Positions 33,601 to 41,120 of a DNA stretch of 41,120 nucleotides are shown here, one piece after another. The position numbers and the translations under genes were made by a program. Positions within the stretch are counted from its first letter, which is position 1. Each line of letters begins with the position of its first letter. Location: IMG/VR virus record IMGVR_UViG_3300020045_007165, positions 1 to 41,120 of that record. One strand, written 5' to 3'. Origin of the DNA: a virus (taxonomy: Duplodnaviria > Caudoviricetes). Under the pieces are notes generated by a model. The model was not told the DNA's origin. It ran no database searches and saw nothing but the letters and a program-made list of their open reading frames with translations.

Positions 33601-35234
33601 TAACTCGTGAGGTGAAAAATCTTTCTGATAAGCTGAATTTAAGTGAGCAATCTTTTGAGAAGATAGGCGCATGGGCTGTTTTACAACAAGAGGGGGGCGA
33701 GAAGAAACTTTTAGATTCTGGCATTACGCAGGGTGAAATTGATGGGTTGTCTTTGAATGAAGATGAAATCAAAATGTACCAGCTTATGCGTAAGAAGCTG
33801 GACTCCATGCTGCCTGCTATTCAAGAAGTCATGCGCGATGTTTACAACAAAGATGTAGTAGCGGTGAGTGACTACTTCCCATTCATGACAGACCATGAGG
33901 CGGCGAAAGATTTTGAGATTCAAGACCAGTTGGGGCCGAATGTTCCTTCTATTGGCAAAAAGAAAAATGTGGAAAAGGGGTTTACCATAAGCCGCACGGG
34001 TGGAAGCCAGAAAATAAGAATAGATGCGCTGGGCGTGTTCCTGCGCCATGTGGATAACGCCGCATATTTGATAGAGATGGGTGGTGATATTAAATCCCTC
34101 GGCGATGTGGCGCAAAGCTCTGAATATGGTGAAGCGGTTGGCGATGTTGGGCAGGAGATGGTTGTCGAGTGGATTAACCTACTCGCTCGTAAAGGCAATC
34201 TACCCGGAAGAATACACGCCATAGATGCGCTCAGGCGCAATACTGGGTTTGCTGTTTTGGGTTATAAGCTTTCAACTGTATTAATACAGCCCACGGCAAT
34301 GCTAGATGGTGCGTCAATGATAGGCGGAAACTATGTTTCTGATGGGGCTATAAAGGTAGGAACGAGTAGAGAGTGGCGGCAATTCTTATGGGATAATTTC
34401 CCAGAAGTGCGGGAACGTGCTGGCGATGACCCTGCTTATCTTGATATGGGTGGAAAGGGTATTGTTGGTGATGTGCGCGAGGCGGGATTCTTTGTCTTGA
34501 AGAAGGTCGATGCTTTTGCTGCATCGTCCGTTGCCGCTGGCGCATATACTAAGTCCGTCGAGGAAAGAGGCGGTGTGGTTGATTTGAGCAATCCTGACCC
34601 CGTTGCCATTCAAGAAGCGCAGTTGATGATGCGCCGTACACAGTCCTCTGGCTTTGCCAAAGATTCGCCCGCCCTTCTAACGCAGGGTGAGCTTACGGGT
34701 AATACGTCTGTTGACAAGCTGATTTTCCAATTTCAATCCTTTATGCTGAATAGATGGTCGCTTATCAAGCATGATATGTGGGCATTGGGAATTAAAAAGG
34801 GTGATGTGAAGAAATCCCTTAATTCTGCAACATGGTTAATACTGGCAATGGCTGCCGAGGTTGGCATTCGCAGATTGAGCAAGGAGTTGGTCGCGGCACT
34901 CACGGGCGATGATACTAAGCCGTGGGAAGATACGATAACCAAAGAAGCTGTTATGACAGTTCTAGGTAACGTTCCGTTTGTCTCACAAACAGTTGGCTCA
35001 TTCGAGTATGGCTCCGTCCCAGTGCCTTCAATCAGTATGCTGACACAGATAGGAGAGCGATTAAAATGGGCTGCACAATCAAAATCTGAATCAAAGAAGG
35101 CGCAACATTATTCGGAGGCGGCAATCCTTCTCATGGGTACAGGCTTCGGTGTTCCGGGGACATTACAAGCCGAACAGCTATTAAGAGGCTCGATGAAAGA
35201 TGAAAAGAAAAAATCCAAACTCAGCACACCTTAA
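30636..35234 (+). CDS. Large internal virion (ejection) protein, gp16-like position
   Basis: 1532-aa helical protein; E...E..Q motif, QFQSF near the C-terminus; synteny. Confidence 0.75.
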   Translation: MSNFFAEDVATPQNGNYFADTVASVPINDNEIDVIHRTNSPLKETPSSFGLVDIPVDFTAGIFKPVAELPAIGGGLLVETGELTKGMQGKSTIDIAKQSFTKRIIENMKEEDFGVKGVLQSVWGAQKDALLSLFSDGTVPEVMQNAGNAMVAQNQAALDALGISRKGGTSVAYDVGNAFGQVALTVGLTFARKNPKVAAGYMTALINTQDYAEARKAGKDPEEAASIAAASAYGQGLIELLGGKVFLGAAAGSSLLRKVIIRSTGQSAEEATQGVVEESIKGISGVRDTGMQEKITNIGYQAMLGFVAGVPISAVVSKIEEGGKAAGLDDAQIKDLADNLVKNKDEIIDAATVIIDKEAAGLTNDAPAKAETLKAVKQVFADDAALEEQMKKGGTQDPQLAAKMILKSPDTSLETKAAIANLGDNYTMDELKAAVDGLKVESAARANEAITPIMEQEKAEQQKQIANIQAETDDISTNLLREVTALQESKAIVDPDVLGMLENTRALLQEQRTTPKPVSLIAFLKSKGGIRDNDARENSSVDMFGNTSINRRGAGGELETMGMKNRAKNGARNDKTGLDLDMAREAAAEAGYIDMDSTVADFLVAVENDFKSPNSVIAEQDVGNQSKLDEIDNILSKLDKELGDKDVTYNRNMLKDLRRRVAANRKVDKRVAREIKAREAELNRLESDKRAVAKSPPAILANKLKTFISGLREGTYLGRKEAADVQNILIDMIERSGIDAAERAQFIRIIKNTQTIEQLQTKLPEIVKRVERLLEKSKRSAIVSHIKKVVDSVKDSNVIAVDFAKQIQSLVNEIDTSKRTEKTINSLQKTLDYMQRNPDAEMPKRILKKLEILNKKPLEDITTQELQDISDAIDTLVKRGKLKLTLLENQKERLKEKRIEELQKSSVPLSDRSVKKAKIGERLSIMDRIKNKYIEKRNRASRLGLATNPMDVFFDMLDGDKNYKGANHKIFKQAVDKSFSKYLDLKESVTREVKNLSDKLNLSEQSFEKIGAWAVLQQEGGEKKLLDSGITQGEIDGLSLNEDEIKMYQLMRKKLDSMLPAIQEVMRDVYNKDVVAVSDYFPFMTDHEAAKDFEIQDQLGPNVPSIGKKKNVEKGFTISRTGGSQKIRIDALGVFLRHVDNAAYLIEMGGDIKSLGDVAQSSEYGEAVGDVGQEMVVEWINLLARKGNLPGRIHAIDALRRNTGFAVLGYKLSTVLIQPTAMLDGASMIGGNYVSDGAIKVGTSREWRQFLWDNFPEVRERAGDDPAYLDMGGKGIVGDVREAGFFVLKKVDAFAASSVAAGAYTKSVEERGGVVDLSNPDPVAIQEAQLMMRRTQSSGFAKDSPALLTQGELTGNTSVDKLIFQFQSFMLNRWSLIKHDMWALGIKKGDVKKSLNSATWLILAMAAEVGIRRLSKELVAALTGDDTKPWEDTITKEAVMTVLGNVPFVSQTVGSFEYGSVPVPSISMLTQIGERLKWAAQSKSESKKAQHYSEAAILLMGTGFGVPGTLQAEQLLRGSMKDEKKKSKLSTP

Positions 35235-35284
35235 TTCTAGCCACCCACTACATTTTGCTATAAAATAACGTCAGGAGATACAAT

Positions 35285-37009
35285 ATGTCGATTACAGATT
35301 CATACGAGCCAGATATATCGGTTGGCAACGGCAGCACTACGATTTTCACTGGTACATGGTCGCCCATTGCTTCAACTTACATGCGTGTTTACAAGGAGTT
35401 AATCAGCACCGGTGCGCGTACTTTGCAGGTTTTGAATACCGATTATACCCTAGCGTTTACTTCCTCTGGCTACACCGTAACGATGGCAGTAGCTCCTAGT
35501 AGCCTGTATAACCTGATTCGCTCCCGTGAGGTAGGAATAGACCAATCCACCCCATACACCACTGCAAGGGGCTGGCAGGGGGCAACGATTGAGAATAGCT
35601 TTGATAAGCTCACGGCTATCGCACAAGACCAGCAGGATGCGATTGACCGCTCCCCTAAGTTTGAAGTGGGCAGCGCATTGACGGATGTTGTTATTTCTGA
35701 GTTAGTGGATGATGAATTATTGAGATTTAACGAAACGGACAACACGATTGAATCATCGGGTTACACGGTAGCGGATATTGGTGATTCAGTTACGGCTGCC
35801 GCAGCGAGTGCGTCGGCAGCGGCTTCTAGTGCATCATCGGCTTCGACATCGGCTTCTACTGCCACCACGCAGGCTTCAAATGCGGCTACATCAGCAGCAG
35901 CGGCGGCGGCATCGGTTGCTGCTCTAAGTGCTACGTCCACTTCCAGTGTTGCCATTGGCACAGGTGCAAAAAGCTTCACCACGCAAAGCGGGAAGTTGTT
36001 TGTTGCAGGGCAATATCTGCAAATTGCCAGTGCTGCGAGTGCTTTGAATTACATGCACGGTACAGTCACTTCCTATTCCGGTACGTCACTGGTGATGAAC
36101 ATTACGGATATTGGTGGCAGTGGTACGCTTGCTGATTGGAATATTTCCATTTCTGGGACGCAAGGGTCAACGGGTGCGACAGGTGCTACCGGCCCCGCTG
36201 GTTCTGTTTCTGATGGTGACAAGGGTGATATTACCGTAACCAGCAGTGGTGCGACATGGACGGTTGATAATAACGCTATCACACTGGCAAAACTAGCAAC
36301 ACAAGCGGCTAACACGATTCTTGCCGAAGTCACCGGCTCTACGGCGGTTCCCACTGCTGTTGCATTTGCTGCAAACAAATTTCCCGCGCGGGCAAGCACA
36401 GGGAATTTAGCAGCGAAGGATATTACCGATTTTGCACTGACGCTGCTCGATGATGCTGATGCGGCGGCGGCTCGTACCACGCTTGGCGCGGCTGCTGCAT
36501 CACTTGTGAAAATCAGCACTCAAACCGCTTCTGCTTCGGCAAGTATTGATTTCTCCGCTGTCTTTGACAGCACATACAAGAAATATATCATAGAAATAAT
36601 AGACATGGTTCCTGCGTCTGCTGCTGTTCTTCGCGCGCGGGTTAACACTGGTGGTGGATTCATTTCAACCGCTACCTACGACCAAGGCGGTGATGGTAGG
36701 GACAGCGAGGGCAATCCTGTCACTGGTGAGGCCGAGGGGGCTACGCAACTGGCATTGTCTTGTGGGGACAGCATTGCCACCACATCAGACCCCACTTATC
36801 TTCAAGTAGAGATCATCAATCCATCTCACGCATCTAAGCGCACAGCTATCATGTGGAGAGGCACATGGCTAATGGATGGCACGACGCGTTTCCGAAATAC
36901 ACATGCTGCTGGCTCTAACCAAACCACAAGCGCGGTGACTGGTATCCAATTTATTATGTCAACCGGCAACATCACCAGCGGCACATTCATTCTTTATGGA
37001 GTGGTGTAA
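35285..37009 (+). CDS. Tail fibre with T7 gp17-like N-terminal anchor
   Basis: GNGST..F, DY......V, E...DKLT...Q, then Ala/Ser-rich shaft; C-terminal GNI.SGT..LYG. Confidence 0.85.
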   Translation: MSITDSYEPDISVGNGSTTIFTGTWSPIASTYMRVYKELISTGARTLQVLNTDYTLAFTSSGYTVTMAVAPSSLYNLIRSREVGIDQSTPYTTARGWQGATIENSFDKLTAIAQDQQDAIDRSPKFEVGSALTDVVISELVDDELLRFNETDNTIESSGYTVADIGDSVTAAAASASAAASSASSASTSASTATTQASNAATSAAAAAASVAALSATSTSSVAIGTGAKSFTTQSGKLFVAGQYLQIASAASALNYMHGTVTSYSGTSLVMNITDIGGSGTLADWNISISGTQGSTGATGATGPAGSVSDGDKGDITVTSSGATWTVDNNAITLAKLATQAANTILAEVTGSTAVPTAVAFAANKFPARASTGNLAAKDITDFALTLLDDADAAAARTTLGAAAASLVKISTQTASASASIDFSAVFDSTYKKYIIEIIDMVPASAAVLRARVNTGGGFISTATYDQGGDGRDSEGNPVTGEAEGATQLALSCGDSIATTSDPTYLQVEIINPSHASKRTAIMWRGTWLMDGTTRFRNTHAAGSNQTTSAVTGIQFIMSTGNITSGTFILYGVV

Positions 37010-40000
37010 TGCCAACCATATTTGACCCAAAAACAGGTAAGTTTATAGAAGTGGAGGAAAAGATAATCCCCCCTAAGTTTACGCGCTCACTCACTGTTGA
37101 GGTTGTCGATGGCAAGGATGGCGAAAAAGGAGAAAAAGGAGATAGAGGGGAAAGGGGGGAAAGGGGGGATAGAGGAGAGTCGGGAAAAGATGGGCGTGAT
37201 GGCAAGGATGGAAAAAACGGAGAAACCATTGTAGGGAAAGAGGGGATTTCAGGAAAAGACGGGGCAGATGGTGTTGGCATTGTAGCGATAAAGCAGGAAA
37301 CCCCCGAAACTGCATGTATTACTCTCACTGATGGCACTGAGTATAAAATAATCCTCCCTGCTGGTAAGGACGGGGACAGGATAATTCTAGGCCGCTCACA
37401 AACGCATATCCAATGGCGGTATGAAAGCAGCAAAGAGTGGTTTGATTTATTCCCAATTCCTAAGAATACCCGTGGCGGTGGCGGTGGTGGAGTCAACAAA
37501 TTAAAAGATTTATTTGATATAGATTTAACAGGGCTGGCCAATGGTAATTCTATTGTTTGGAATGCAGCAACTAATCAATGGGAGGCAGGAAGCGGAGGGG
37601 GCGGTTCTGGTACAGTCACCAGTGTTTCAGTCACCACGGCTAACGGTATATCGGGAACGGTTGCAACGGCGACCACCACGCCTGCAATAAGTCTGGATAT
37701 TTCTGGTCTGGACGCTTCTAAAATCGCAGACGGCTCAGTTTCCAGCACTGAGTTTCAATATATCAACACCTTGAGCAGTAATGCACAGACGCAGATTGAT
37801 GGAAAACAGCCGCTTGATTCCGACCTTACTACCATTGCGGGACTTACCGCGACTACAGATAATTTTTTACAATCAAAATCCTCCGCATGGGCAAGCAGAA
37901 CACCGACACAAGTAACCGCCGACCTCATTGCTATGGTGGGCGATTCTGGCTCTGGCGGAACGAAAGGTCTTGTCCCCGCCCCCGCTGCTGGTGATGCCGC
38001 TGCTGGTAAATTTCTAAAGGCAGATGGAACATGGACTGCTGCGGGTGGTGGCTCTCCTGCCTTCAGTGATATTACTGGTGCAACAAATACCACGGCGGCT
38101 ATGGTGGTGGGGACAGGCGCGAGTCTAGCAACTAGTGGAAGCGGTACTATTGCGGCGACTTCCGTTACAAACGCCACACTCACAACCGCGCTTACGGTAA
38201 ACACAGGAACGCTAACGCTCACTGCAAATGCCGCGAATAACTCGGTTTTGACTATTGGTGCGGGTGCGGTATCGGTATCAGGCAGCAATACGGGCGACCA
38301 GACCACAGTAAGCGGAAATGCCGGCACCGTGACGTTTGTGGATGCTGGCGGAGACACCACGACTTTTGTTGCTTTGGGTACAGCCGCAACCGGCTCTCTA
38401 TCTCCTGCTACCGATGCTGGGTTGACTTATAATGCGACCACAAATGCGCTTACCACGACGACTTTCATAGGGGCTTTGACGGGAAACGCTGATACGGCCA
38501 CGACTTCTACATCAGCCACTACTGCAACCAATATTACGCTTGCAGACGAGGCTACCGACACCACATGCTTCCTCCTGTTTGGGACAGCCGCAACGGGTAA
38601 TCTTGGTGCTAAAACTAATACCGCACTCACGTTTAATTCCAATACTGCTTCTTTAGGATGCACTACTTTTGTGGGCGCATTGACTGGAAACGTCACAGGC
38701 AACGTATCGGGGTCGGCTGCGACAGTGACCACGGCAGCGCAACCAGCGATTACATCGCTTGGCACCCTCACGACCTTGACGGTGGACGATATCACTATCA
38801 ACGGCAACACCATATCATCTGCGGGGGCTTCCACACTTGCTATTACTCCGACAGCAGGGCAATCTATTACTTTTGATGGAACGGTAACGCTGGATGCTGG
38901 CGTTATTGCCGGGGCTACTTCCATTACATCTACAACTTTCGTTGGTGCGTTGACTGGTAATGCAAGCACCGCTACGAGTGCGACAGTCTCAACAACCTCT
39001 ACTATTGCAAACGAAGCCACGGACACATCATGCTTTGTTAATTTCACAACGGCGGCGACAGGCGACCTTGGACTTAAATCGAATGCGAGCCTTACATTCA
39101 ACTCCAATACGGCAAACTTAGGTTGTACGACTTTCACAGGTGCTTTGGTAGGCAATGCATCAACAGCAACGAGTGCTGCAACCCTAACCACCCCACGTAC
39201 TATTGGCGGCACGTCATTTGACGGTAGCGCGAACATAGTGCCTGATACTATCAACTCTGTAAACGAAGCAACAGACACCACTTGTTTCCCTTTATTCATT
39301 ACCGCTAGTGGCACTCAGGCGTTACAGCCAAAGAATAATACGGCACTTACGTTTAATTCCAACACCGGAACTTTAGGAGCCACTACCTTTTCTGGTGCGG
39401 GCACAAGTCTTACAGGCACTGCCTCTGGCTTAACGGCTGGTAACGTCACAACCAACGCCAATCTAACTGGTGTTGTAACAAGCAGCGGCAATGCTACTTC
39501 TTTTGGTGTGTTCACGTCAGCGCAACTAGAAGCGGCTTGTGCTGATGCTAATGGTAGCGGGGAATTAGTTTTCGCAACAAGCCCAACATTAACTACTCCG
39601 GTACTTGGAGTGGCTACGGCGACATCTATAAACAAGGTTACTTTTACGGCTCCTGCGACATCAGCCACTATAACGGCCACAAATGGGACGACAACAACTC
39701 TAAGCGGCGGTACTCAGTCTGGAACGAATACGGGCGACCAAACCATCACGCTGACTGGTGCGGTGACAGGTACAGGCACTGGTTCATTCGCCACAACTAT
39801 CGCGACTCCCGGCACACTCACAGTATCGTCTACCAATAGCACAGCAACGGCTCATACTCACGCCATTACCTCATCCTCTGCACCGGGCGCGGCGGCTTCA
39901 CTACTCGCCACTGATTCAAGCGGTATTATCGGCAGTACGGGTACGCGAATAGTCAAGGGATGGTTTACTGATTTACAGGTAACAAATTCTATAACTGGTA

Positions 40001-40398
40001 GCATCACAGGAAATGCCGCTACTGTCACGACCAATGCGAACCTGACAGGCGCAGTGACAAGCACGGGTAATGCCACGTCACAAATCACAGGAATATGGGT
40101 TGCTACCCCCAGCACGGTTGCGCTCGGAAACGTCACGCTTACCTTCAAGATGCCGTTTGGCGGCACAGTTAATAAGTTATATGGCGCACAAACTACAAGC
40201 GGGACATTTACTTGGGCGTGGAAAATAAACGGGACTAATATAACAGGTCTTTCTGCGGTTGCTGTCTCAAGTACCCCCGCAGATACGAATGCGACTGCCG
40301 CAAATACATTCAGTACAGGCGATATAATAACAGCAGTCTCATCATCAGCTTCCTCCGATTTGGGGGCGAGCGCGACATTACAAATAACACGGACTTAG
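37009..40398 (+). CDS. Long Thr/Gly/Ala-rich fibre protein with collagen-like N-terminus
   Basis: G-X-Y run, poly-Gly hinges, repeated G.LTGNA.TAT modules. Confidence 0.8.
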   Translation: MPTIFDPKTGKFIEVEEKIIPPKFTRSLTVEVVDGKDGEKGEKGDRGERGERGDRGESGKDGRDGKDGKNGETIVGKEGISGKDGADGVGIVAIKQETPETACITLTDGTEYKIILPAGKDGDRIILGRSQTHIQWRYESSKEWFDLFPIPKNTRGGGGGGVNKLKDLFDIDLTGLANGNSIVWNAATNQWEAGSGGGGSGTVTSVSVTTANGISGTVATATTTPAISLDISGLDASKIADGSVSSTEFQYINTLSSNAQTQIDGKQPLDSDLTTIAGLTATTDNFLQSKSSAWASRTPTQVTADLIAMVGDSGSGGTKGLVPAPAAGDAAAGKFLKADGTWTAAGGGSPAFSDITGATNTTAAMVVGTGASLATSGSGTIAATSVTNATLTTALTVNTGTLTLTANAANNSVLTIGAGAVSVSGSNTGDQTTVSGNAGTVTFVDAGGDTTTFVALGTAATGSLSPATDAGLTYNATTNALTTTTFIGALTGNADTATTSTSATTATNITLADEATDTTCFLLFGTAATGNLGAKTNTALTFNSNTASLGCTTFVGALTGNVTGNVSGSAATVTTAAQPAITSLGTLTTLTVDDITINGNTISSAGASTLAITPTAGQSITFDGTVTLDAGVIAGATSITSTTFVGALTGNASTATSATVSTTSTIANEATDTSCFVNFTTAATGDLGLKSNASLTFNSNTANLGCTTFTGALVGNASTATSAATLTTPRTIGGTSFDGSANIVPDTINSVNEATDTTCFPLFITASGTQALQPKNNTALTFNSNTGTLGATTFSGAGTSLTGTASGLTAGNVTTNANLTGVVTSSGNATSFGVFTSAQLEAACADANGSGELVFATSPTLTTPVLGVATATSINKVTFTAPATSATITATNGTTTTLSGGTQSGTNTGDQTITLTGAVTGTGTGSFATTIATPGTLTVSSTNSTATAHTHAITSSSAPGAAASLLATDSSGIIGSTGTRIVKGWFTDLQVTNSITGSITGNAATVTTNANLTGAVTSTGNATSQITGIWVATPSTVALGNVTLTFKMPFGGTVNKLYGAQTTSGTFTWAWKINGTNITGLSAVAVSSTPADTNATAANTFSTGDIITAVSSSASSDLGASATLQITRT
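37111..37278 (+). repeat. Collagen-like G-X-Y repeat
   Basis: GKDGEKGEKGDRGERGERGDRGESGKDGRDGKDGKNG. Confidence 0.9.
38330..39402 (+). repeat. Four diverged ~50-aa repeats in the fibre (approx. 38330, 38542, 39007, 39259)
   Basis: Consensus (N/D)EATDTTCF..F.TAATG.L..K.N.ALTFNSNT..LG.TTF.GA. Confidence 0.85.
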
Positions 40399-40408
40399 GA
40401 GAATAAAA

Positions 40409-40756
40409 ATGACACGAAAAATAATTATCCAAGATGAGATATTAGACAGTAGCGACTTTACTCTTAATTATGTTTTCTGGCTCGATGTGCCAGAGGAGCG
40501 GCAAGTAATACTGGCTCAAGATAACATATCTAGCTCAGTAAAAGATGCTACAGCAGAAGAAATTGATGACTTACGTGCAGGTAAGACAATTGAAACCAAG
40601 GGTACTGTATGGGTAGCGAAAGGTTCTGCTATTCAAGCGATTGAAAATAAACTTGAGCAGTTATTCTCCGCCAAGCAACAGGAGCTTAATGACAGGGATG
40701 CCTATAAATATTACGGGCGATTTTTCGATGGCCAAACATGGAATGAAGGAGCTTAA
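40409..40756 (+). CDS. Hypothetical tail-associated protein
   Basis: RBS AGGAG; ends YG.FFDG.TW. Confidence 0.75.
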   Translation: MTRKIIIQDEILDSSDFTLNYVFWLDVPEERQVILAQDNISSSVKDATAEEIDDLRAGKTIETKGTVWVAKGSAIQAIENKLEQLFSAKQQELNDRDAYKYYGRFFDGQTWNEGA

Positions 40757-40758
40757 TT

Positions 40759-41120
40759 ATGAGTACCACAGACAATATATCCTATGGTACATGGACTTCG
40801 ATGACCGTGACCAACCTTCAATCCCTTGCGATTGACACTTCCGACCCATTCGCAGGTTGGCAATCTGCGCGAGTAGACAACCAGACATCTGTAAAAGCAA
40901 TTGATTATGAAGTAAAAATCCTCCTGTCAACTGCTGCGACTGCCCCTGCGAACGACAAGGCGATTTATGTGTATGTCGTGCCGTGGATGTACGATGGTTC
41001 AACGTGGACACCAGCAGCCAACTTCAGCACCACCACCCGCCCAACTGGCTCTGAGGGAACGGCGAGCATGTCAGACCCCAACTCAATGAAGGGGCCATAT
41101 GCCATGCCTTACGTTATCAC
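40759..41120 (+). CDS. 5' part of the 171-aa gene that continues at 122-275; not in the track
   Basis: RBS AAGGAG; MSTTDNISYGTWTSMTVTNLQSLA... open to the window end. Confidence 0.85.
   Translation, partial: MSTTDNISYGTWTSMTVTNLQSLAIDTSDPFAGWQSARVDNQTSVKAIDYEVKILLSTAATAPANDKAIYVYVVPWMYDGSTWTPAANFSTTTRPTGSEGTASMSDPNSMKGPYAMPYVI
41000..41120. repeat. Second copy of the 121-bp terminal repeat
   Basis: Identical to 1-121. Confidence 0.95.

Noticed and set aside
23363-40166. Long minus-strand ORFs (e.g. 23363-24151, 37755-38360, 38427-39314)
   Set aside because: Antisense shadows of codon-biased structural genes; no RBS or motifs
41000-41120. Biological direct terminal repeat (T7-like DTR)
   Set aside because: It falls mid-gene and has a k-mer-like length, so an assembler overlap of a circular or permuted genome is more likely
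35285-41120. Diversity-generating retroelement as in BPP-1-like phages
   Set aside because: No reverse transcriptase and no adenine-mismatched TR/VR pair seen; the fibre repeats are diverged protein repeats
1-41120. CRISPR array, tRNA or tmRNA genes
   Set aside because: No regularly spaced repeats and no canonical T-loop/CCA cloverleaf found by eye
1-41120. Alternative genetic code
   Set aside because: Core genes are full length and tightly coupled under the standard bacterial code, and all three stop codons are used

Overview
The window looks like a complete, circularised tailed-phage genome of about 41.0 kb. Bases 41000-41120 exactly repeat bases 1-121, and one gene reads straight through the join. 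The virion module is podovirus-like (T7/BPP-1 type): TerS, PBSX-like TerL, head-tail connector, scaffold, major capsid protein, tail tubular A/B, internal virion proteins, two fibres and a LamG protein. A lysis cassette follows (M15 endolysin, holin candidates, i-/o-spanin pair, implying a Gram-negative host), split by an antisense HNH-AP2 homing endonuclease. The early region has two divergent promoter/operator hubs (Arc-like and Cro-like regulators), ERF recombinase, Gp157-like, NinB-like, RusA, Lar-like and many tiny membrane ORFs. I recognise no integrase, CI-type repressor, DNA polymerase, helicase, primase or full-length replication initiator. At the usual replication-gene position (14458-15474) the sequence shows a sigma70 promoter, a ~420-nt densely base-paired non-coding region and a counter-oriented promoter plus terminator defining a ~70-nt antisense RNA on its 5' end. 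This unit is flanked by an apparent initiator C-terminal-domain-only protein and an HNH nuclease. The plasmid-like (ColE1 RNA I/RNA II or Inc-RNA style) arrangement is the best candidate for an undescribed system. All family assignments and RNA folds were made by eye, not by database search.
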